Part shown: piece by piece, positions 1-9,800 of the stretch
Position numbering within the stretch: position 1 is the first letter of the stretch
How the letters are laid out: each line of letters begins with the position of its first letter
DNA from: an uncultured Gammaproteobacteria bacterium
GTDB taxonomy: Bacteria; Pseudomonadota; Gammaproteobacteria; JABCZS01
Reading direction: 5' to 3'
DNA: 64,000 nt
Assembly (NCBI GenBank): GCA_964443025.1
Contig: CAYUEL010000002.1
Coordinates: 2,916 to 66,915 of the forward strand
Translations under genes and position numbers: made by a program
Notes under the pieces: model-generated
Database searches by the model: none
Told to the model about the DNA's origin: nothing
The model's input: only the letters and a program-made list of their open reading frames with translations

Positions 1-286
1 ACATCACCTGTCTGCGGAACATGATAGAGAGGAGGAGACATAAGTTCACCTTAAAATTTAGTCGCAGCCATAAATATTTCATATAAAACATCTAGTTAGT
101 GCTGGTAGCCCATTCTACAAGCAAAGACCCCCCAAAATCAAGGGAAATAACCTATAAAAACTTCCAGATTCATATATTTTCTCGCTTTGCCAGGCTATAT
201 TAAAGAGCATGTGAGATTAACTAATGCAGCAGAAAAAATTATTCTACAATTATTGCTAGGTTTACACTAAATTAGGTGTTTTGCTT

Positions 287-1495
287 ATGGTAAAAAAACA
301 AATAACTATTAACCAAGCCATACCTTCATTTGAAGAATACCGCCAAAAAGATATCTATTTAAAAAATGTTTTAAACGCTGAATTGCCAGTTTCATTTTAC
401 TGGATGGATCGTGAAGGTACCATTCTAGGATGTAATGAAACACAAGCTCATATGTATGGCTTTTCGTCCTACCAAGAGTTTATTGGCAAAAGCACATATC
501 ATCTTCGTGACAAATTCGGATGGTCAGATGAAATGTGCAATACTATTCGGCAAAATGATATTGTAGTGATGGAAACAGGAAAGCCTGTTGTTAGAGAGGA
601 GTACGTAGAGGTAAATACAGAACACAGGACTTACCTTTCTCATAAAAGTCCTTTAGTAAATGAGTCAGGCGATATTGTAGGAGTATTTGGCTTTTCAGTG
701 GACATTACTGATCGCAAAGAAGCTGAACAGTTAAAAATAGAAAAAACTGCTGCTGAAAAGCGTGAAGAAACTCTGCGTCTGTTATCTGCTAGTATCGCAC
801 ATGAATTACGAACACCGTTACGCGGTATTGATGCCAATCTCTCTGGTATAGAGGATTATTTACCAACTTTAATTGATGCTTATCATTTAGCAGAAGAAGC
901 TGGTCTAAATGTAAAAAAAATAGATGCAGAAAGTTTCAAACTATTAGAACAGGCTTTTCAATCTGCAAAAATAAAGACACAAGATGCCTTTAATGTGGTT
1001 GATATGTTATTGGTAAAAACAGGTCAATTAAATATTGATCCAACAAAATTTGTTACTTATAATATTTTAGAATGTCTTTACCGTTCGTTAAATAATTATC
1101 ACTTTGAAATCGATGAACGAGAGCTGGTCTGCGTCAATGAAAAGTGTCACTTTCATTTCTACGGCGATGATTTCTTAATGAGGCATGTATTTTTTAATTT
1201 AATAAAAAATGCGTTGTACTTTATAAGAGTTGCTGGCAAGGGTAATATTGAAATCTGGTGCGAAACTTTAGGGAAAACAAATAAACTCTATTTTAAAGAC
1301 ACAAGTACAGGAATAGCACCCGATGTTTTGTCTCACATCTTTGATATGTATTATAGTCAGGTTACACATGGTACTGGCATTGGTTTGGCATTTTGCAAAA
1401 TGGTTATGAATAAATTAGGTGGCGATATTACTTGTGATTCAAAAGAAGGTGAATATACTTGTTTTACTTTAACCTTCCCTGCCATTAATCAGTAG
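287..1495 (+). CDS. Cytoplasmic PAS-domain sensor histidine kinase
   Basis: ORF 281..1495 opens with TTG. The first ATG is at 287, with AGGTG 8 nt upstream. H-box AHELRTPLRGI, N-box FFNLIKNALYF and G-box GTGIGLAFCKMVMNKLGG are present, with an N-terminal PAS-like region. No obvious TM helices. Confidence 0.8.
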   Translation: MVKKQITINQAIPSFEEYRQKDIYLKNVLNAELPVSFYWMDREGTILGCNETQAHMYGFSSYQEFIGKSTYHLRDKFGWSDEMCNTIRQNDIVVMETGKPVVREEYVEVNTEHRTYLSHKSPLVNESGDIVGVFGFSVDITDRKEAEQLKIEKTAAEKREETLRLLSASIAHELRTPLRGIDANLSGIEDYLPTLIDAYHLAEEAGLNVKKIDAESFKLLEQAFQSAKIKTQDAFNVVDMLLVKTGQLNIDPTKFVTYNILECLYRSLNNYHFEIDERELVCVNEKCHFHFYGDDFLMRHVFFNLIKNALYFIRVAGKGNIEIWCETLGKTNKLYFKDTSTGIAPDVLSHIFDMYYSQVTHGTGIGLAFCKMVMNKLGGDITCDSKEGEYTCFTLTFPAINQ

Positions 1496-1640
1496 ATAAA
1501 TTGACGATCAAACTTCTTATCTAGTCTACTGATATTTTTTCACCATTACAAGTTTGTCAGCAATTTACTTCTACTGTTGCATCGCGAGCGTATTAAACTA
1601 TATTTATCTTTATAATGCGCGACTAATTAATGGGACATTT

Positions 1641-2441
1641 ATGCCCTACCCAGATAATAATTTTTCTCTAGACGCCTTAATTGATGCAAGCATGAAACAT
1701 CCTTTGTATTGGATGATTGATTCAGCCCGCAAAAAAAATGTTGCACAAATATTACCCGTTGATCACAACATTATCGATACTATTTGCTCCCCATCTATTA
1801 CTATCATTTTATGGAGTGTTGATTACCTTCACCGTATATTTATCCAACAGTACCCTGAATTGAATCCTTTGCCCTGCCCTACCATCCATGGCCAAGCCAT
1901 GTGCAACCCATCCAATGATAAAGCCAGTCAAACATTTGCTTTTATTGAATCATCGCTGGACCGCATGAAGCCAACCGAGCGCATTTACCTTGAGCTACCT
2001 TGTTCTCAACCCCTCTCAACTTATATTGAAGTAATCCGCACATTCAAAACAAAACCTTGCTATGAGCTTATCATGTACCCTGTATTGCAGCGTGAACTAC
2101 CTCAATCTTCTTGTGTTAAAAAAGTGTGTAGTCCTAATGCACATAAATGGACGCAAGCTAAATTAAGCGCTCTTTATCTTATTGAGGCAACATGGAAATT
2201 AGAAACAGAAGTTCTTATTGAGATGCTTGTACCCGAACCTTGGCGTTCCTTGTTAAACGATCCGACTACAGACGCACAAATTCAGCGCATTCGTCACCTG
2301 ATTGGCAATGCACAAGATAATATTACTCCAACCGATGATGAACGCGCCATTCTTACCGCAACCGTGCTTAACACATACATCGTCTTTCGTGAAAAAATCA
2401 AAGCGCAGCAAAAAACTAACAAAGATCTCATGTGGCACTAG
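1641..2441 (+). CDS. Hypothetical protein (start uncertain; ORF opens at TTG 1554, first ATG 1641)
   Basis: Long ORF with no recognisable motifs. It is convergent with the ABC transporter gene. Confidence 0.4.
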   Translation: MPYPDNNFSLDALIDASMKHPLYWMIDSARKKNVAQILPVDHNIIDTICSPSITIILWSVDYLHRIFIQQYPELNPLPCPTIHGQAMCNPSNDKASQTFAFIESSLDRMKPTERIYLELPCSQPLSTYIEVIRTFKTKPCYELIMYPVLQRELPQSSCVKKVCSPNAHKWTQAKLSALYLIEATWKLETEVLIEMLVPEPWRSLLNDPTTDAQIQRIRHLIGNAQDNITPTDDERAILTATVLNTYIVFREKIKAQQKTNKDLMWH

Positions 2442-2587
2442 CGTGCGGTGTTTTATGCTACACTTTCCAGCAATATCATTCATCATCTGGTATAGGTCGG
2501 TTAAGCCCGGTTTCTTAGGAAGTCGGGTTTAGTTTTGGCATCTCAATGTTTTCTCAAATTTTCATGAATCGCAGAAAAGTGTAAATA

Positions 2588-4585
2588 TTAATTAATAAAT
2601 TTACTTCTCTTCGATCCTAATAATGGCGAAAGAGAAGGACTGTTATGCGAACTAGACGATAAATCATCTTGCTCTTGCTCTTCCTCGTCTTCATCATCGC
2701 TTTCAGCTTCAGGAAATATATACGGAGCAATAGTGATTAAAGGAGCCACCGTCGAGCTGGTTGCATTTGAGTTATTCGCTTGGGTTTGCTGCAAATAAAG
2801 CTCATACAGCGCCTTAAATCGACCATTTGAGATATTCATTAAATCTTTATAGTTACCTTGCTCAATAATAACACCATTCTCAATAAATATAATGTTATCC
2901 GCATTGACAATTGTATTGAGCCGATGAGTAATCACAATCGTGGTTTTCCCTTTTGTGACTATAGCAAGATTCTCCTGTATTTCTTTTTCTTTTTCAATAT
3001 CAAGAGATGCAGTGACTTCATCTAAAATCATGATTGGAGCGCCTTTAATAAGAGCACGCGCAACCGCCACGCGCTGCAGCTGTCCCCCTGAAAGCTTAAC
3101 ACCATTATCTCCCACATCCGTGTTATAACCATCACTCAAATGCTCTGGTTTTAACCCAGCATACTGAAGCGCATTTTGTATAGTCTGTGAAGTTGCACTT
3201 TTATTACCATAGGCAACATTGTCATGAACCGATCCCTTAAAAAGCGCTGGATCTTGCTCTACCAACGCAATAGATTTGCGTAGTGAACGTAATTTAATAT
3301 GACGAATATCATGACCCCCAATTTTAATTTCACCCGCCTGAACCTCATAAAATCGGTTTAATAATTCCGTTATGGTTGATTTCCCTGATCCGCTTAATCC
3401 TACGATTGCAGTCGTTTTTCCTGCAGGAGCAACAAAACTGACATTGGTTAACACAGGCACCGGCTGAACACCCACCTCCGCCGGGTAGGCAAAACTCACA
3501 TTATTAAATTCAATGTTTGCAGTTTGAGGAGTCAAACTCAATGATTTGGCACCGGGCTGATCAAAAATAGTCGGTTGCTTTTCAAGAAAATCAACCACCT
3601 CTTTTAAATTGATATACGCATCGTAAACTTGATTTGTAGCTGTGGAAAGCTCCATCAACATATATGACATTTGCATCATATATAAACTGAACAGAACTAA
3701 ACCCCCTTCTTCGTAATCATCATTTTTTGATTCTTCATATGCAGTATAAGCAAGCATCCCTGCGAGTATAGAATTAGAAATCAGATTAGGAAGAATGGAT
3801 CCTGCATCAATGGCACTACTTTCTGTATCCCGAATGGCATTGTAATTTCTTCGAATTTGAGTAAAGTTTTTTAATTCTTTGGATTCGTTACCAAACAAAT
3901 GTGCATTTCGATAATTCGCTGTGGCAGCTACAACACCATAATAGATTGTATAATCGGCATTATTACGATCTTCCTTGGCTTTTACAACAGGGGCCGCATT
4001 GATAAAAGTTAATATATTATGCAACAACCATGTTCCTGTAAAAGTAAGCCCCACTGGACCATATTCACGGTAAATGACGACAGTCATTGCAATGGCATCA
4101 ATTCCACTAGGAATGGTTGTTGCCAAGAGGCCACGATATAATTTGTCCATGTTAAGATAAGCTTTGCCAACACTTTGCGGTACTGATTTTACAGCATTCA
4201 AATTATTTTTATTGAGGTCAAGCTCATAAACTTTTTCGACAATCTGACGCGCAATTGTACTTGACAGCTGCGTATTGACAGGGTCTAGTAGCATGCGGCG
4301 AAACACAGGCAAGGTTCGCATGAGACCAAATGCAATACCAAAAAGTCCAACCAATAGTACTGGATCCATTTGATCAGAACTACTTTCAGAGCTAGAAGCG
4401 GGGTCGCTTTTTTTATCGAGCTCTTCAAATGATTTTACCAATAAAATAGGGCCAATGATGTTTGATACGGTGGTCAACCCCGTCAGAAATAATGAGCTGG
4501 CTGTACGCACAATAGTTTCCTTTTTAAATAAAAAAGGAATGGTTACTTTTACAAAATTGATCATGGGCTCAAACATAATATACAC
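2588..4585 (-). CDS. ABC exporter (fused TMD-NBD half transporter) with acidic/Ser-rich C-terminal tail
   Basis: The N-terminal half is hydrophobic. The NBD has Walker A GLSGSGKST, ABC signature LSGGQLQRVAVARAL and Walker B ILDEVTASLD. The C-terminus is ESDDEDEEEQEQDDLSSSSHNSPSLS. GTG start at 4585, with in-frame ATGs at residues 4 and 8. It is the last gene of the minus-strand PKS operon. Confidence 0.85.
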   Translation of the reverse strand: MYIMFEPMINFVKVTIPFLFKKETIVRTASSLFLTGLTTVSNIIGPILLVKSFEELDKKSDPASSSESSSDQMDPVLLVGLFGIAFGLMRTLPVFRRMLLDPVNTQLSSTIARQIVEKVYELDLNKNNLNAVKSVPQSVGKAYLNMDKLYRGLLATTIPSGIDAIAMTVVIYREYGPVGLTFTGTWLLHNILTFINAAPVVKAKEDRNNADYTIYYGVVAATANYRNAHLFGNESKELKNFTQIRRNYNAIRDTESSAIDAGSILPNLISNSILAGMLAYTAYEESKNDDYEEGGLVLFSLYMMQMSYMLMELSTATNQVYDAYINLKEVVDFLEKQPTIFDQPGAKSLSLTPQTANIEFNNVSFAYPAEVGVQPVPVLTNVSFVAPAGKTTAIVGLSGSGKSTITELLNRFYEVQAGEIKIGGHDIRHIKLRSLRKSIALVEQDPALFKGSVHDNVAYGNKSATSQTIQNALQYAGLKPEHLSDGYNTDVGDNGVKLSGGQLQRVAVARALIKGAPIMILDEVTASLDIEKEKEIQENLAIVTKGKTTIVITHRLNTIVNADNIIFIENGVIIEQGNYKDLMNISNGRFKALYELYLQQTQANNSNATSSTVAPLITIAPYIFPEAESDDEDEEEQEQDDLSSSSHNSPSLSPLLGSKRSKFIN

Positions 4586-4591
4586 CTCTAT

Positions 4592-6823
4592 TTAATGTTG
4601 ATAAATTTTTGCAAACTGAATTTTTAATAAATGGGCTGTTTCATTCATTAACTTCTCACCAATGGTATCCACGTGACGATTGCGCCAATCACTTAGCTCA
4701 GTTTGCTCAACCCAGCGATTAAATGCACCCATTGCTGGGCCAGTATGAACTTGGTAGTTGATTTTTTCTTCAGCATTTCCAGCTCGCGCAAGTCGAATGG
4801 AATGCATGAAATACCACCTGAAAACCAAAGCCAATTTGTGTTTTGTGTTTTTTTCAGCTTTTTCTATTTGAGAGGGATTGGTACGCAAAAAATATTGCTT
4901 TGTTTCTTCGTAGACCTCTAAAAATGTCTTTCCAAAATATTTTTCTTCGATTTGTTGCCGAGTTGATAAATCAATTGACTCCCAGGATTCATGATGTTGC
5001 CATAAATCATATAACTTATTCGCTCTTCCAGGAAAAAATACGCCCCTTTTCAAGACCTGTACTTTGGCACCTATTTCAAACATATCACCTGCAGGTGCAT
5101 ATTCTGTATCTTGGACATCCATTTTAGAAAGCATTTCTTTAACAACATCACTAGTTCCAGCTTCCACAGTGCATTGGTTAATCGAACCGGTTAAGATGAA
5201 ATCAGCTCCCAGAATAAATGCTGCTGCCGCGGATTCGGGAGTACCAATACCCCCCGCTGCACCCACCCGGACAGATTCTAAATAATGATATTCACGACAA
5301 ATTTTATCTTTCAAACGAATAATTGATGGTAATAAAACCATCATATTTCCCATATCAGTATGGCCGCCAGAATCTGCTTCCACGCAAATATCATCAGCTA
5401 TGGGAACTTGTGCAGCAAGGATGGCTTGTTCTTGTGTAATGTGTCCAGATTGCAAAAGCTCATCAAGCAATTTTGCAGGCGCGGGCCTTAAGAAAACTTC
5501 AGCAACTTCAGGTCTTGAAATTTTAGCCAAAATACGATGCTTAATTAGAACATTGCCGTGGCTATCTTTACTGAGTCCGCTTGCACGGTATTTTACAATC
5601 GCTTGGTTTAATTGGATATATGCAGCTGCTTCTATTTTATCAATCCGATACTTTAGAAATAGATCAATTAATTCAAGTTCAGATTCAACATTATTTAGTT
5701 TACATAAAAGATTCATGCCGAACGAAGATCCTTTGGCGATATTATTCTGAATATATACAATATCCTTTTCAATCAGGTCGATGCTCACGCCACCCGTGCC
5801 ATAATAACTCATCATGGCTGAGTTCGCCATTTTGACAACCATTTCTCTTGATGCGATGCCTTTCGCCATCGCCCCAGCAATATAAGCATAGCGAACATTA
5901 TAGCATTTTTTAAATGATTCCGAACCGAGAGTTTCCCCAGTAATTTTATTTGAATTAGGGTTTTCTTTTTCAATAATTGGCGGCACACTTTGAATTGATT
6001 TCAGCAAATTTGTTAAGACTTTTCCGGGTCCAATTTCTTTAAATTCTACAACCCCCTCTCTTAATAAATACAGGATAGAATCTGTCCATTGCACACAAGA
6101 AGATATTTGTTGGCTCAATAATTGATAAAATGTATTGCCTTGATAAGGTTTCCCAGTCACATTGGAAATTACAGGTATTTTTGGGGTAGAAAATTCTATC
6201 TCTTTAATAAACTCAGCAAATTCTTTCGCCGCAGATTGCATATGCTTAGAGTGAAAAGCTGCACTTACTTTAAGAGGGATATAAATCGCTTTAGCCGCCT
6301 CAAATAAAGTTTTTGCTTGAAAGATTTCATCTTTTTGACCTGAAATCACAATTTGTTCATGGCTGTTATAATTAGCAATATCAATAGAGTTTAATTGATT
6401 ATCTTGTAAGATTTTTTGAATCATATTCATCGGGCATTTAATAACAGCTGCCATCGCACCATTTTGAACTGTACTCATCAGTTCTCCACGTTTCTGAACA
6501 ATTTTAAGAGCCGTTTTAAAATCAACAACATCTGCAAGATGTAGTGCATTATACTCACCCAAACTATGCCCAATAAGGTAATCAACTTTACCTGGGTGTG
6601 TATTGCTATATTCAAGATAATGTAAGTAATTCACTATAAATAAGGCAACCTGTGTATATTTTGTCAGATGAAGTTGGTCGTAAGGATCATTCAAACAAAG
6701 TTCTTTGATTGAGTATTTTAATACCTCATCAGCTTCTTTTGTGACCTCATTAAAAGAATCAAATAAATCCCCCCCCATACCCTTTTGTTGAGATCCTTGA
6801 CCTGGAAACATATAAGCTTTCAT
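4592..6823 (-). CDS. Trans-acting acyltransferase fused to trans-enoyl reductase (AT-ER didomain, PksE-like)
   Basis: N-terminal FabD-like AT (FPGQGSQ, GHSLGEY, AAFHS). C-terminal FMN-dependent FabK/nitronate-monooxygenase-like ER (GAMAKGIAS, GTGGVSIDL). ATG at 6821-6823 with GGAG 8 nt upstream. Confidence 0.85.
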   Translation of the reverse strand: MKAYMFPGQGSQQKGMGGDLFDSFNEVTKEADEVLKYSIKELCLNDPYDQLHLTKYTQVALFIVNYLHYLEYSNTHPGKVDYLIGHSLGEYNALHLADVVDFKTALKIVQKRGELMSTVQNGAMAAVIKCPMNMIQKILQDNQLNSIDIANYNSHEQIVISGQKDEIFQAKTLFEAAKAIYIPLKVSAAFHSKHMQSAAKEFAEFIKEIEFSTPKIPVISNVTGKPYQGNTFYQLLSQQISSCVQWTDSILYLLREGVVEFKEIGPGKVLTNLLKSIQSVPPIIEKENPNSNKITGETLGSESFKKCYNVRYAYIAGAMAKGIASREMVVKMANSAMMSYYGTGGVSIDLIEKDIVYIQNNIAKGSSFGMNLLCKLNNVESELELIDLFLKYRIDKIEAAAYIQLNQAIVKYRASGLSKDSHGNVLIKHRILAKISRPEVAEVFLRPAPAKLLDELLQSGHITQEQAILAAQVPIADDICVEADSGGHTDMGNMMVLLPSIIRLKDKICREYHYLESVRVGAAGGIGTPESAAAAFILGADFILTGSINQCTVEAGTSDVVKEMLSKMDVQDTEYAPAGDMFEIGAKVQVLKRGVFFPGRANKLYDLWQHHESWESIDLSTRQQIEEKYFGKTFLEVYEETKQYFLRTNPSQIEKAEKNTKHKLALVFRWYFMHSIRLARAGNAEEKINYQVHTGPAMGAFNRWVEQTELSDWRNRHVDTIGEKLMNETAHLLKIQFAKIYQH

Positions 6824-6839
6824 ATTCTACTCCAGCCAC

Positions 6840-9800
6840 TTAAACGTATTCAGTAGCAATTTTATATTTAACGGGTGATTCTTGCATATACAGTGCATGA
6901 CAAACCTGTGCAATTTGTGTTAGTATTTCTTCATTCTTAAAGAATGAAAAATGATCCTCTGCTTCTGTTTTATGAATATGCAGGTCTGGAATGACATTCT
7001 TCCATCTCTCTAAACAATTATTTCCTTTATAAAACTTATTTTGTAATGATACGTATTTATTCAAGAATAAACGATCTTGAAAATATTGATTTTTATGTTT
7101 TCTTCTAAAATAATGAAAAGATAAACAATCGGAATTTTCCAATGGTTTAATAATATGGTTTTCCATCGATCTGCTATTTGCGGAAAGAATTTCTTGGTGC
7201 ACACTCAAAATGCTTTTTAACTGTTTTTTTGAATAAGGTATTTTAAATTTGATACAAAAATCAACAAGAGTGTCTAAGTCAATTTCCAAATCCTCTGTCG
7301 CTAGCGGGGCCAGATCAATTTCAGCCAAATTAACGGTTTGAATTTGGCTTAGCATGTCGAATATGATAAGCAAGTAATACATATTTTTAGTCATATAAGT
7401 AGTAATTGGGGAAAATGGAGCATCTACCATTATAATACTTTGCACACGCCTTCCTGCTTTCATTAAATACCTTGCCACTTCATGCGCAATCACTCCCCCT
7501 TGCGAATATCCAGCTAAATGAAATGATGGGTCATCAAAATTATCCATTAATAGTGAGGCATAAATATGGGACATTTCTTCAATATTCGAGCAAGGGGTTA
7601 AATCCTCCTCCTTAACAAGGGAATGCATCGCGTAAAACGAAATTTCATCTTTCATTAACTGAGCTATTGGCTGATAGACTTGCGTGGTTCCAAACGCAGC
7701 ATGAAACCAAAATGTTTTAATATCCTTCGTTCCCTTTTTCAAAAGTTGGAAACTGTTTCTTTTAAATTTATTTTTTTTCATGCTAATTTTTTTATTTTTA
7801 TTTAAAAAAATAGCTTTGTATTTTTCAAACACAAATTGAGAGAGCTGATGAATTGTTGTGTGCTCTAAAAATACCGAGGGTTCTAAATGTATCAATGGAT
7901 ATTGGTTTAAAATTGCGTGTGCAAGTCCGGTGAGGGTAATGGAATCAAATCCATATTCACTTAGGTGTTTATAGATATCGATTTCTTCAGGCTCAATTTG
8001 AAGAATTTCCGCGACTATTTTCTCCAAACCTTCTTGGAATTTTACAAGATGATATTCATCCTGATCTGCAGTCAATGCCTTTAAATTCTTTTTAATATAT
8101 TGAGAATCCCAATCAAGAATTAAAGGATTGCTGCGATGCAATAAAGCTTGCTCGTATTCATTTTGATCAATTTCAGATGCAAGGAGTAAATTACTTAGCA
8201 CGTCATCGCTTAAAGCAGCTAATATCCTATATTTAACCAATTTTAGCTGGTCATCATTTGCATCCGTTTTAATATATGATTTTTTTGAAAATTCTTCCAG
8301 CATCGCTTCTGCCTGAGGATAAGTATGAAACCCCCTAAGGCGATGTATCATTGGAAACGCAGGATAATTTAATAATTTCCAGAATTTTTTGAATTCCTTT
8401 CTTGGATCGGGGAACAACCCAAGCCTGATGCCAAACAGCACACTCGATATGGGCGCCATAATCAAGTAATGTGCATCAGTAATTCGCGAATTTATTTCTT
8501 CATTGGTTAATAACAATTTTCCAGACAACATTTGCGAATACCATCTTGCAATCATTTCCATATAGTAAAATGATCCCGTATAAGCAATTGGGAGAACAGA
8601 TGTATTCACCAAAGTAAAATTATTTTTATAGAATATCCCCATTGAGAAATCATCTAGAACTTTTATGTTTTTTAGATAATTAAAGCGTGTATCATCATTT
8701 CCTATGTTTTTATAACCGGTGCAAAACACTATAATATCCACCTCATGCGCCTGTTGCAGCTCATCTTCAAACATGCACCCTGAAGAATAAAACGCTGCAA
8801 TGTCATTTTTAACTGTAATTTTCTTTTCAGCAACTTTTTTAACTACATGATCATTAATGTGCACTATTGGATTTAATGAAAACTCTTCAAATGTCGGCAG
8901 TATCCCGGAGTTTTCATATATTTTGAAATACTCGGGCATTGATTGGCGCAGTCTTTCGATGATATTGGTTCTATTTTCTTCAACCAATAAACTTGCCGGT
9001 GATTGGCAATCATTGGGCACAAAACCAACCATTCTGGGTAAAATTAACTTATTGGATCGCCTACTCCAAAATACTTCTTTTGCTACCTCACTCGCTTCAT
9101 CTGCAATATCCATTGCGCTCACGCCATTACCAATCACCAGAACACGCTTATTTTCAAATAATTTATTATTATAATATTCTCCTGAATGCATTATCTTGCC
9201 TTTAAATTCATTTAGACCTTGTTTTTCTGGAACATAAGGATCGGTAAAACTTCCTTGGCACATGGCCACACCATCATATATTTTTTTAATTTCTTGACCA
9301 TTGTGAGAAACAACCACTTCCCATTTTCTATTTTTTTCCTCTACCGAAATAACTTTACTGTTAAGCGTGATATGCGAGTTTAAATTATATTCTTTGGAAT
9401 ATAAGTTTAAATATTCCATCACCTCATTAACCGTATAAAAATTACTTTTAATTTTTTCAGGGTAAAAATCGGAGAATACGCTTGTAAAACGTGAGCTTTG
9501 AAATTTTGTATTTTGATAGGCGCCATTCTTTTTTTCTGCACTGTTATTAAGCGCCCACAGTCCACCGATGGTTCCTTTTTCTTCGTAGACATCTGGGCAA
9601 TGACCTTCTTCTAATAGTGATTTTGCCATGACCAAGCCTGCGGGACCAGCCCCAATGATGCAAATATTGAGTTTTTTATTTGACTCTTGTGAATTGTTCA
9701 CTCCTGGAAGCGCCCAATATTCTTTTAAATTAAATGGCATTTTTGGCAACGAAACCCGATAAGGTTTTTCACCTTGCTGATCCCTTACCCAACTTAGGTC

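Noticed and set aside
2442-2587. Possible bidirectional terminator between convergent genes (GCCCGGTTT...AAGTCGGGTTT)
   Set aside because: The two arms are not complementary; they differ at 2 of 8 positions, so no convincing stem-loop forms.
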